64,000 nt of DNA from Mobula hypostoma (lineage: Eukaryota), in assembly GCF_963921235.1 (NCBI RefSeq), contig NC_086097.1, positions 99,760,001 through 99,824,000 on the forward strand. Reading direction: 5' to 3'. How positions within the stretch are numbered: the first letter of the stretch is position 1; every line of letters begins with the position of its first letter. The position numbers were made by a program, and so were the translations under genes. Positions 1 to 10,937 of this stretch are shown one piece after another. The notes below the pieces were generated by a model. The model made no database searches, was not told where the DNA came from, and saw only the letters and a list, made by a program, of their open reading frames with translations.

Positions 1-83
1 CGGCATTTAATTGTCCTTTGGAAACGCCACGAAGGATGTACGGACGGTATTGTAGCACCGGAGTTGATCAGGACCGGGGTTGT

Positions 84-541
84 GATGAAGCCACACTCAG
101 GTCGGATCTTATATTCCGTCCGGGTAGCCACCAATCTGATAGCACGAACATCGACTTCTCAAACTTCCCGTAATGGTACACGCACCCCCGTCCCTCACCA
201 TTCCCCTTTCCCTCCCTCACCTTATCTCCTTGTCAGCCCATCGCCTTCCCCTTTTTCCTTCTTCCACGGCCTTCTGTCCTTTGTATCAGATTCCCGCTTC
301 TCCAGCCCCGTATCTCTCTCACCAATCAACTTCCCAGCTATTTAATTCATATCACCTGGTGTTTTCTCATCTCCTTCCCACCTTTTAAATCTACTTCTCA
401 TCTTTTTTCTCCAGTCCTGTGAAGGGTCTCGGCCCGAAACAGCGACTGTTTACTCTTTTCCATAGATGCTGCCTGGCCTGCTGAGTTCCTCCAGAACTGA
501 GTTTGTTGCTCGGATTTCCAGCTTCTGCAGATTTTCCCTCG
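84..541 (+). mobile_element. Penelope-like element, 3' fragment, inserted in the ERV B protease
   Basis: Matches the GIY-YIG C-terminus (DEATLR...NIDFSNF) and the tail of the longer copy at 18052-19227. Confidence 0.85.
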
Positions 542-2452
542 TCTGGGATTCTCTCGTCACCTGTCTCTATCTCTAACAGGGGGTCCTCGGGGCGGGGGGG
601 TGTTCTGAAAGCCTGATCATTGCTGCCCATATCGCCCATCCTTCGTGACCCCGCTACTGGGTCCCAAAAGGATTTCGCATAGAATCAGGGGCTGAGCCTC
701 TGAAGATCTCCCTGTCCTTCATTCCAGGGCCTCCTTCCTTTACTACAGCATGCCCCAGCTCAGTATCCTTTCCTACCACATTTCCTTAGGGAATTCCTGA
801 CTGTTGTCCCGGCGCGTCGGTCGCGCACCGGTGTCCCATTCTCCTCCCTTCCGCACGTACTGTCCTCCCTTTCCCTGGTGCGTGTGTACTGTAATCCGTT
901 TCTATCCATATTAATCAAGGAGGTACTGCAGCAATATCATTCCTTTGCTGTGTTTACCGATTCAGATTAGTTAATTTAAAAGAGTGAGCCATCTCCGGTC
1001 GAAGGCAGTTCAGAAACGTTTGCACAGCTAGCGGGCTATTTTGCTGATTGGGGGCAGGTACCGTGGAAACGGGCAATGAAATCGGTAATGGTTTCGCCCT
1101 TTTTCTGCTTCCCCAAAATCCCTGCGTTGTCTTGCTGCAGCGAGAATGGCGCATTTAATCCCTTCTAACCAATTGTTCATTCCATCTATGAGGGTACCAT
1201 TTGCAGGAGAACCCAGTCGCCCCTCGGTCCTCAATTGACGGGGGGCATCATGTTCCATAAACTACTTTAAGCATTGCCCGCACGTCTCCAGGTAGCGCGT
1301 TCAACATTGGACGGGCCTGGACCAACCAACTGTGAGAAGCCAGAGGCTTGCGGAGAAGTTTGGGAGCGTCACTAATCACAGTCCGTAGTTCAGCCGGGGT
1401 CCATGGTTTTAGTATGGGCATATCTCCTACCATAAAGCGCCGCTCCCTCAGGTATTCCCGGGCTGTCAGCGGACCCTGGTGCCCCGGCCTCTGCTGTTAC
1501 CCGAGGAACCCGTACAGGTGGCCAGAGCACCCGTCCTATCCGGGTCTCCCTTTATCAGGTCCCGCTCACCTTGGCTTACCCCCCTTGTTGCGCGGGGGCA
1601 GCAGCTTGCTCGGATGCCGAGACCCGCCACAGCCGCTAAACCTCTATTATTCCCATGCCCCCGGGGAGCTCCGGGTAAGTTATCTGAGGGCCCAGACCGG
1701 TGCCCGAGGCAGACGGAGCCGATGGTTCTGATGGGGGGTTCCTCCGCCTCCTGACGGGTCGAGTTTTCTTCTTTCTTAGGTTTAATCGTTGGTGCCGATG
1801 CCGTCCTGCCTCCTCCTCCCACTTACTAAAACACCGCATCGTATATTCTGAGTCCCAGTGTGGCTCCTGAAGCGCATCTTCAATAACTCCAAAAGACTGA
1901 AGCTGGGTAACATACTGAAAGGCTTTTACTCGCTGCTCCATGCTGAGCGTCTGCCCCCGGACTGAGGGGGAGGGGGCAAGGCGGAGACCTTTATACAGAA
2001 TTCTGTGGGAGGAGCCACAGGGGCAGTCAGCAGAGGGGCGTGTCCAGTTACAACATATATATGGTTTACTACAGCTCCCCATTTCCATCTTCTGTTTCTT
2101 GTTGCCATTACTGAATTCTCTTTAGATCGAAAGGCCCACAATAGGCCAATTACCACAACCCCACCCATACAAATCACTCGAGAATATTACAGAGTACTTG
2201 CTGCCCGTTTCCAACCGAACCTTGTCGGCGGGTGAACACAGGCGAACCAACGGGTCACCATTTTCGTCTTCCTATAATTTTCGACCTTTCTTCGCACACT
2301 TTCATTGGCGCCTTGGTTGTACCTGGGTGGATCAGCAGGCTGTACCTGGGTGGGTCCACCTCCGGAAGTGCCTCGTGGTTCTGCAGCCTGTGACTTACTC
2401 TTTGATTCCCCATCCTGTTACTTCAGGACTTAACTGTTAAAGTAAATTCTTA

Positions 2453-2453
<1 letters not shown>

Positions 2454-2491
<38 letters not shown>
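2454..2491. repeat. (CA)n microsatellite
   Basis: About 19 perfect CA units. Confidence 0.97.
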
Positions 2492-2495
<4 letters not shown>

Positions 2496-2760
2496 TGAAC
2501 TGTTTGTACTTTTATCTTATTATCTGAAACTTCCCCTTGGTTGGCCAACCAAATACTGAGGTCCGGTTTTAGTCTTATCGAGTCTTGTCCCCTCTTCCAA
2601 ATCCTTTCTTGTTCGCTACTCGAACTCAGGAACTAGTCACCAGCCAGTCCGGGACGACTCTCTCCCCAAATCCCGAGCTTGATTCCTGTCTTTCAAGGAA
2701 GCCTCACGGGTCGGTTTCCCCTGTCCGAGGTTCCAGTTTCCCGGGCCGAGTTCGCTTGGA

Positions 2761-3158
2761 TGTTGTTGCGTGAACGAAGTCACCCGAGAAAATTACTGGT
2801 AGATACAAAGCAGCTTCGTTATTCGACAAAACGAGGTGTGGCAGACATCATATGGAGAAGCTTTCGGTCGGAAGATCTCGCTGGCCCAACGTGGCTCGAT
2901 ATTTTATGTGCCAAACATCGAAGGACAACTTCCATATTTACAATGAATGGACAATGCTTTCTTTGAAACCACATACAACCTTCACATCTCCTGTTTCACA
3001 TCTACACCATAGACATCCAAATGAATTTCAATCAGCATTGCCTGGACTGGGAGTAACAGCTTTTAAGAGATGCACTCCAAATTAAATCCACAATAAATAT
3101 TCACATGCGAAGACTGGTAGCCAAACTCATTTTGCTAAACCCAAAAATCGCTCTAACA
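2761..3158 (-). mobile_element. Retroviral LTR, about 400 bp
   Basis: Minus strand starts TGTT and ends AACA. TATA-like CATAAAAT near 2901-2908, degenerate polyA signal AATAAC near 2818-2823. Polypurine tract AAGAAGAGGG plus AC immediately upstream (3159-3170). Confidence 0.75.
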
Positions 3159-5385
3159 GTCCCTCTTCTTGGCCCTCCTGGACAAAAATAAATTTGTACC
3201 AGGGAATGCCACCCTAAATGAGGACCTACTCAAATAGGGCAGCAAACAAATGCCCTGCCTTAGAATTGCTCACTCCCCCCCCCCACCATTAATGTATGCA
3301 CATCTGCACCTACACTATCATCCCTGGTCGCTACCTACAAAAGGGAGATTGTTCCAGAAATGTGAACAACAGTCTTTAGGCCCTGCTGGATGATTGCAGC
3401 TTAATCTCATTCCCTGTCTTCACCCCTTCATTCTCCGGTTGTTAAAACTCTCTCTTCCCAGAGGCAACAGAAAGGTAGGTACATCAGATTCACAGGCCCT
3501 CTCATCGATGTACAGGAAGTGGTTGGGGTGATCTCTATTTGAGTGACAGCAAGGACTTCTCCCTGGTGGCACCCCCTTCCGAACTGTCCAATCGATCACT
3601 GGCCTGACTGCTGAAAGGGGCCGGGTTACTTGTATTCACTCCCTGTTCAGGCTGGGGGTGATCGCCTTCAGATGCTATGTGCAATCTTTCTCAGTCTGGC
3701 ATGTCATCAAAGTTGTGGAACCTGTTGTCTGTGCTTTAACTTAAATCTCTCTCCATCTATTTTCCCCAGTATCTTTTTTATTCTATGCTATTCAACGAAT
3801 CATCTACCTTCTAAACCAGCCTTCATTACAGAGTACTACTGCCATCACACTTAAGCGTGCTATTCACGGGTTTCTGTCATGCTCTGGGTGTCTTCTGTCT
3901 GTTCCATCAACTGTGATCAGCTCTGGTGTGACCGGCTGGTGTTCATTTCTTAGATTCTCTGTAATTACACCCTTACTGGGTGCACTTGAGCACCTGCACT
4001 GTCTGTGAGAGCAACAAGAAGGTGAATCATACAGTCTAACCTGGGTCTAGTGTTTCTACTGGCTGCCTCGCTGAGTCTGCACACAGACTCAAGAGTTACT
4101 TGTTAAAAGTATTGTCTCTGGTCCTATCCATCTGGGAGCAACCCTTGCCCCTTCAGGCAGCACCCTCACCATGACCTGGTCACCCGGCTGAGGGAGGACT
4201 ATCTCCTTTCCCTCTGGCTCTCTCTGATCAGCAATGTGCTGCTGTAGCTTTGCTCGGTCTTTCAACACCTTAAGTTGGTTACACAGGTCTTTCACACACT
4301 GTCATTCTATCCCTGTAAGCCCCAGGCTCACCGTACCCTGTAATTACCCCATCAGAGGAATTGCATTACCCGCACCATCAATAATTCATAGGGGCTGAAA
4401 CCCAGCGTGCAATTTGGGGTTGCTCGTAATCTCATCAGGATTCCTGGAAATACATCAACCCATGTCTTTCCCGTCTCAGCTATAGCTTTGGTTGTCGCTG
4501 ATTCCTGATTGTTTGGCTCATCCTTTCTACCATCCCTGAACACTAAGGGTGGTAAGGTTGGCGGAACCGTTGTCGAATCCCTAATGGTCGGCACATCACT
4601 CCCCCTATGAAACGTGCTTCCTGATCAGAATCCACTTGGACTGGGGTTCCCGGCCTTGGCAGGATTTCCTGAACTAGAATCTCTGCAGTGGTGCAGTCCC
4701 TTGTTGGGAAAGCCTCTACCCACCGGGTGAAGTGATCCATAATTACTAGACAGTAGCTTTTCCCCCTGCTTTTGGGTAGGAGCCCCGTGAAGTCTATCTG
4801 AATGTTGCCAGCTGTAGCTTTCTGCCCTTACCAGGGTTATGCTGGGCATAAATGATACAACACGGCAGAATTTCTCAACATCCCTGCCCATCACTGGCCG
4901 CCAGCAGCCCTGCTGGAGAATTGTGATTATACTCTGCCTTCCCTGATGCATCACCCTATGATATAACTTCAGTAGTATCTGCCTAATACGTGGTGGGGCC
5001 ACCGTGACTCCTTCCTCCCTGTGTATCCAGCTCCCATCTAGTCCCTCCTTTGCCCCTTTTCTCCTCTTCTGCATCCACCTCTTCATATCATTTTACTAAA
5101 CTGGCTTCAGTAGTTTCTTCGTGGACACTCGCGGTTTCAATTGCCTCTTGTTCCTCTGCTGCCTCCATCACACCGATGTCTACCCACTCATTTCCTTTCT
5201 GCTCCGTACTCTCCCCTTTCTGATGAGTTTTTACTTTAATTACTGCTGCCCTGGCTGGCAGACTCACTGCTTCCAGCCGTTGTTATATTGGGTGCCCGTG
5301 TTGAATACCCGACCCTGTTGAAGTTACAAATCCTCGTCGAGCCCACGCCATCAGATAATCGTGCACCATATCGAAGGCGTACCAG

Positions 5386-5386
<1 letters not shown>

Positions 5387-5425
<39 letters not shown>
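5387..5425. repeat. (TG)n microsatellite at the Hero/ERV junction
   Basis: About 19 perfect TG units. Confidence 0.97.
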
Positions 5426-5429
<4 letters not shown>

Positions 5430-6660
5430 ATGTGAATGTATACAAGTGGCGGTCATCATCTACAGGTAAGGAGCGCCATGAGCTTGTAACACAGGAAATA
5501 CGAGAGCTAGAAGAGGAGAAGAGGTTAACTAAAACAGCTGGCCTGGCCAAACAAGGGGCTTGGACCTGGTGGGAAAGTGTTGAACAACAACATCTATCTT
5601 GGAATGTTCTGTGGCAGATGGAACCACTCCGCATTTCTTTTCTACGCAGAGCAGTGTACGATCTGCTCCCAACTCCTGCCAAAATCAGCACCTGGTATGA
5701 AGATAAGACAGACAGGTGTGCTGCTTGTGGCGAGAAGGGAACACTTCAACATATTTTGAGTGCATGCAGAGTCAATCTTTCCAGCAGCATGTACACTTGG
5801 AGACATTACAACGTTCTCAAAGTTGTAACAGAAGCGGTTGAGCAGAGAGTACTGCAGCACAACTTATCTCATGCCCCTTGCTGCCCAGAACATCGCATAT
5901 TGATTGTGAAAGAAGGCTCCAAGTAAAGGGTGTACAGCGCAGGCTCACGATCAAGCTTACTTTCTTCGGCCAATGATTGGTGTGTCAAGGCCGACCTGGA
6001 CGGGAAAGGCAGTGTCCCGGGGCAAATAGCTTTCACCACATTGCGTCCAGATATATTCGTATGGTCTGACACCAGTAGAGAAGTGGTTATTGGTGAACTC
6101 ACAGTCCCCTGGGAAGACAACATTGATGAAGCCCATGAGCGCAAGTTAACCAAATATGCAGAATTAAGATCAGAGTGCAGAGACAGAGGGTGGAAGGTCT
6201 CATGCTATCCATTCGAATTAGGCTGCCGTGGGTTTATTGCGTTCACTTTCCAGAAGTAGCTGCGTGACCTTGGCTTCACTAGAAGAGAGATCAAGTCAAC
6301 TAGCAGGGCTGTAGCTGAGGTAGCAGAGAGAGGATCAGCATGGGTGTGGACCAAGTATGTCCAGAGGGGCAGATAGTCAGACAGTGTATACATATCTCGC
6401 AAATCCTTCAGTGGTTGCATAGATACCTGAAGAGCAGACTATCTGTTGGATGGAAGTGACCAACAACTCTGATAGAGGCAGATGCCAAGTTTTTAAGCTC
6501 ACCAGTGGGAGGTGGTGCTTTAGTACTGCTGGCCCACCACCTCGAGGGAGTCTTGATCATAAGCGGGCCGAAACTCCTGAAGACAGGTGGCAGATCAACT
6601 GATGATCCCACTGGTGATAGCACAGGACAGTTAACATCTTAGTCCACCTGTATTTTTTAA
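5426..6660 (+). mobile_element. 5'-truncated R2-group non-LTR retrotransposon (Hero-like) with restriction-like endonuclease
   Basis: CCHC finger CAACGEKGTLQHILSAC and RLE motif RPDIFVWS...IGELTVPWE...ERKLTKY. One reading frame interrupted by only two stops (5924, 6257), ending about 6375, then a 3' UTR. Confidence 0.88.
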
Positions 6661-7035
6661 CTCTATATTTACTTGCCTGCCCTCACTGCAGCATAGAGCT
6701 TCTGTCAGGGCCACCAGTTCCCCCACCTGAGCTGAGCAGCCCCTGGCAGTGCTCCTGAAGCTAATTCTTCATCCGTTTCCTTCACCACAGCCCTCCAGTC
6801 GCGGCTTCCGAGACTCATCTATAAAATTTTCCCCTGCTTCCCCTTCCGCAGCCGTTTCCTTCACACCGATATATCCTTCCCACTCTACTTCCATCTGGCT
6901 CTCGTGTGCCTCCCTCTCTGTTAGGATGGTGCTCCTGTGATTCATCCCAGTGCCCCTAACTGTTGTTACTACTGATTTGTATCGGGGTTGAGAACCACCT
7001 CCCAATCTGCCCCTCTGCTGCCAGTGACTGCTCTC

Positions 7036-7570
7036 GCTCGCTCGCTTTAGGTCGCATTTGGAAATTCCAGTTGGCGGACAATTTCCCTCCACGCCGCTCT
7101 GACATATTGGGAAATGATGTACTGGGCAGGTTACAGCTGTGGTTTGTCTTTGCCTACTGCCGAGTGAGTTTAAAGAGATCACCACCTCTTGCAGTGGATG
7201 TCCAGGACGTTTAAGTGTCTTGTCGTGCTGTTAGTGCTCCACCAGCTCCTGCTGGCCTGCCTTCTTGACCATTGGACCATTAATCAGTCTCCTCCGCTCA
7301 ATCTGCCGGGGCCGGACTTCACACGCTGGGACAGGCAGATCCCCTCCCTCTCCGGGGGTTGAAGACCCATCGGCTACTCTCACCTGGTTTGGCCCTTCTG
7401 CCGAGATGGTTTACCGGGGTGTAGCCGCTGCGCGTGTTACAGCTACTTGGAGCCACAGGTGAGAGCTGAGCGCCAGGTGGGGACCAAAGGTAGACGAGCT
7501 GCCCTGAGAAAGGGTACGGCAGCCCCCCCCCACCAGAGGTGCTACCCCTCCCTAGACACCCCATACACCC
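7036..7570 (-). mobile_element. 535-bp non-coding retroposon (probably RTE-mobilised) inserted in ERV A pol
   Basis: Perfect 11-bp target site duplication TGACTGCTCTC at 7025-7035 and 7571-7581. Short (GCGA)n tail. Pol-like sequence resumes on both sides. Confidence 0.8.
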
Positions 7571-10429
7571 TGACTGCTCTCAGCCTTCCTGTATTGATGA
7601 ATTCTACAATGGAATGGGCTGTGTGTGTGGTACGTGTTGTGCCACCATGGCAACGTGTTCGCTTACTCACACTGCCCACTCGGCGCAGTCTAAAGCTGCT
7701 ACACAGCGGGGATGTCCTGCAGCAACGGGTGTCCGTTTCGTTGAATAATAGGCCGCTGGCCTCCTCGCTGCGCCATGGACCTGCATCACTACTACGTTGT
7801 GGTGCCCTCCCTCATTGCTGCAATATCGGTGAAAGGGGCGAGCCGCATCCGGTAATCCTCGGGTGGGTGTAGAGCCCAGGGCTTTCTTGATCGCTGTAAA
7901 AGCCTTTTCCTCATCTGGCCCCCATCTCACTTCCTCCAGCGGAGGCTTCCCTCCTTTAACCCTTTAATCGGGGCCACTAGTGCTGAGAACCCTGGTATGA
8001 AGGTACGGCAGGAATTAAATAGACCCTTACCTTCCTCACTCCCCTTGTGTTGGTGGGCAGGGCATGAAGCTGATTGCCGATCGTCCGTCATCTGACAGGT
8101 CCTTCCTTCCCCGGGAAATGGCACAGCCTAGGTACTGTAGTTTGCTTTCCTCTCCGAGCCTTGTGTGGGCTGATTTTAAACCCCTCATCTCGCAGTATCT
8201 CCATAACACTGGCCATCGCCCCTAAATGACCTGCTTCATCTTCCGAAGCAATCAGTAAATCAAATTACATATAGTAAGATGGTTGACCGGTACGGTGTCA
8301 AATCGAGCTTTTCCGAAGTCTGCGCCACCCTTATGAAAAATAGCCGGGCTATTGTGGAACCCCTGGGGGAGTCTTGTCCACGTATACTGCTGCCCACCCG
8401 GGTGAAGGCAACTCGGTCTTGGGATTCAGGTGCTAAGGGGAGCCCCCAGAACCGATTAGCGATGTCCAGGACTGAAAATAAGCGTTATGTTCTGGAGATT
8501 CAAGATTGTTGCAGGGCTCGCCACGATGGGATACAATCTCGGCTTGGTCTTATTAAGGGCGGTATAGCCTATTGTTAATGGATGTGATCCACTGGGCTTC
8601 TTTACTGGCCGTATAGGCGAGTTAGTAGTTGCCGCAGTTTCTCTGAGTATTCCCGGGTGTTTTTATAGGGTACTGCTTATAGGGCGAATACAGACCCTCC
8701 TCTGTTGTAACTGGGGTTATCTTTACTCGGTCACAATCTTGCTTGTGTGTAGCCCACACCGCTGGGAACTGCTGACAAAGTAACCCATAGACACCATCCT
8801 GGCTCCAGTCTCTGGTGAAACCCAATTTCCCTCGGGATCAATAAAGTATATCTATCTATCGGGGCAGTTGCGATCTAGGTTGTGTATTCTGTTGGTTGTA
8901 CACATTCCCGACTTGTCCATATTATTTCTCCCTTTCCCGAATCTATAACAGCTCCTGCTTCCCTTAGGATGTCTATTCCGGGGATAGTGCCCTCATTATT
9001 TGGACATACCCAGAAATACACTGGAAGCTGCACTCCCCCGATTTCTAGTATTTGCGACTCGCTTCTTTCTGCTTTTACCGTTTTCCCTCCTATACCCCTG
9101 AAATAACTGGCCTGTCCGGTTGTTGGCAAGGGTAAGTCTGTTATTGATACCCATGCCCTTGTGTCCACTCACATATTGCATTGCCGGCCCCCTAACAATG
9201 TAGTTGTGTATATCCGCGGGTCACCAGCGCTGGCAGTGGGGGCCACCACCAGATCTTTTTCTGCCCAAGAAGCCGTCTTCATTAGCTCGTCTGCCGTGAC
9301 TTTCGCCTGCTTTTTTTCTCTCTCCTTTTTGGACAATGCCTCCAACCATGTCCCGATAGGCTGAGGCATATCAACTCCTTTACTATTTTATACCTGGTCC
9401 GGCAGTCCTTTGCCCTGGTCGTTGGCAAACCAAGCAAACCCTCTGCCAAGTCACAGCAGCTGCATCCACCATCGCCACTTTACAATTTCTCTTGCACTTC
9501 CTTCGGTCTAGCTCACTGGCCCAGCAAACTATCGCGGTCAACCCCACCGCAATCCCTAAATCCAAAACTTCCCGCTGGGCTGAGCTCAGGCTCTTCCTCA
9601 GCATTTTCAGGAAGACTTGATCGTCCCTCTCTGGATTATCCAACCCGGAACACTCGGCATTTAAATTCTGCATGATCCATGGCTTTTTGAATCATTGCCA
9701 TTATCGTTCCCCAGTCACTGCCTCACCTCCCCTTTAAAAGAGCGATACCTTTCTTCATTGTTGGCGTTCCCGGTCCCCCGGGCTATACTGTCCCCCATAT
9801 TCCTCGGGCACTTCACCAACATCTGTAAACATCTGGTGAATTTCAGCCATTTCCTCAAGCTTACGACAGAATTCTGAATTCCCACGTTCGACTTTAAGTG
9901 AGGGCAACTCTGACAAAGTGCCCTGTTTCTCCCTGGGGGGTGAAGGGCTTATGAATGGTCTTAATCAGAGTCACGGGCTGTTTCAGATCATCAGGGTTCT
10001 TGACCTGATGTTGCCTGACCTCAATAGGTGCCATCGCGACAGGAATATCTGGGTAAAACCTCTCTCTGAAATACCTCCACATCAATGTCCACACTACGCA
10101 AAATATAAATGATGGGTATCAGATAAACAGTACATACTTAAAACAACGAAGTATGGGCTCCGCAATCTGCCACTTCTGAGCACCTGAACTGATGATGCCT
10201 GCTGTATTCCTTTGCATCACACTCGCAAAACGGTTAATTAGTATGAATGGACAGGCCCCGTCTACTTCCTACCCTGCTATTCTCAAGCTTTTGTCAACCT
10301 TTAATTCCCAGATTCATTTTTCTTCTACAGGCACCACCTGAGTAATAACAGACGCAACAAAAAAAAATAAAAATAAAAAATAAGATCTTCCCCCGTATCT
10401 TTTGGCTTCTGCATAGAAGACTACGCTGA

Positions 10430-10700
10430 TTTTCAAGAGGGCCAATTTTATTCCCTGCTATCCTTTTGCTATTAATATACTGTAGAAGTCCTGGGAATTC
10501 CCCTTCAGTTTATCTGCTCCAGCAACCTCATGCCTTCTTTTAGCCTTCCTGATTTCCAGCTTGCAATTCTCATACTCCTTAAGTACATCATCTGTTCCTT
10601 GCTGCCTGCACCTCCTTCTTAACCAGGGCTCAATAACCCCTGAAAATCAAGGTTCCCCAAATCATTAAGCTTGCCTTTTGTTCTGACAGGAACATACAAC
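10430..10700 (-). mobile_element. CR1 LINE internal fragment
   Basis: Resembles CR1 ORF2 between the endonuclease and RT domains; decayed. Confidence 0.5.
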
Positions 10701-10937
10701 TCTTTTTGCACACTTCCAACGATGTGTAACCAAAGTTTGAGGAACAGCATCTTTAGAAACCTTAGGGACTCAATGTTGGTTTTCTAAAATTATTGAATCC
10801 AATCCTTTCAGTTTATTCAAGAAATGCGTAATTTGTATGTAACTGCATGAATTAGTGATGTTAACTTAGGTTTTTTCCACTCTCTAGATGCTACCTGAAT
10901 GCTGAGTGTTTCCAGAACTTCTATTTCAGAAAGACAG

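Larger units (their letters stand above)
1..2760 (-). mobile_element. Decayed endogenous retrovirus-like element B: leader, gag and start of protease; runs off the left edge
   Basis: Capsid-like KPWTPAELRTVISDAPK (1248-1433). MHR-like KQKKGETITDFIARF (about 1065-1110). Degenerate zinc knuckle CGRKGY*AGAC (about 750-782). Protease EDPLLEIETGDERIP...PVLINSGAT split by a Penelope insertion. Many stops and frameshifts. Confidence 0.8.
3159..10300 (-). mobile_element. Decayed endogenous retrovirus A: gag-pro-RT-tether-RNase H-integrase, no recognisable env
   Basis: Gag HKPFTPQ (9894-10094) and CLVCQRPGQ knuckle remnant. Protease VDTRAWVS (9168). RT AVWATHKQDC and frameshifted YV(D)DLLIAS near 8250-8275. 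Tether WGPDEEKAF...AYYS. RNase H FIDES / SAQVGELVAL / VNI-DSWYAF. Integrase HxxxH, DHFTRWVEAFP, DSDQ, PRWIGP. Confidence 0.88.

Noticed and set aside
2882..2899. tRNA-Lys PBS-like TGGCCCAACGTGGCTCGA
   Set aside because: Gapped match on the strand opposite the ERVs, and inside the LTR rather than next to it.
5288..5440. Poly-CV N-terminus of the 212-aa ORF
   Set aside because: Artefact of the (TG)n tract joining antisense ERV sequence to the Hero frame.
6546..6610. Hammerhead look-alike in the Hero 3' UTR (GGAGTC...GAAACTCC, CTGATGA)
   Set aside because: Core elements are in the wrong order and spacing; no CUGANGA lies between the triplet and GAAA.
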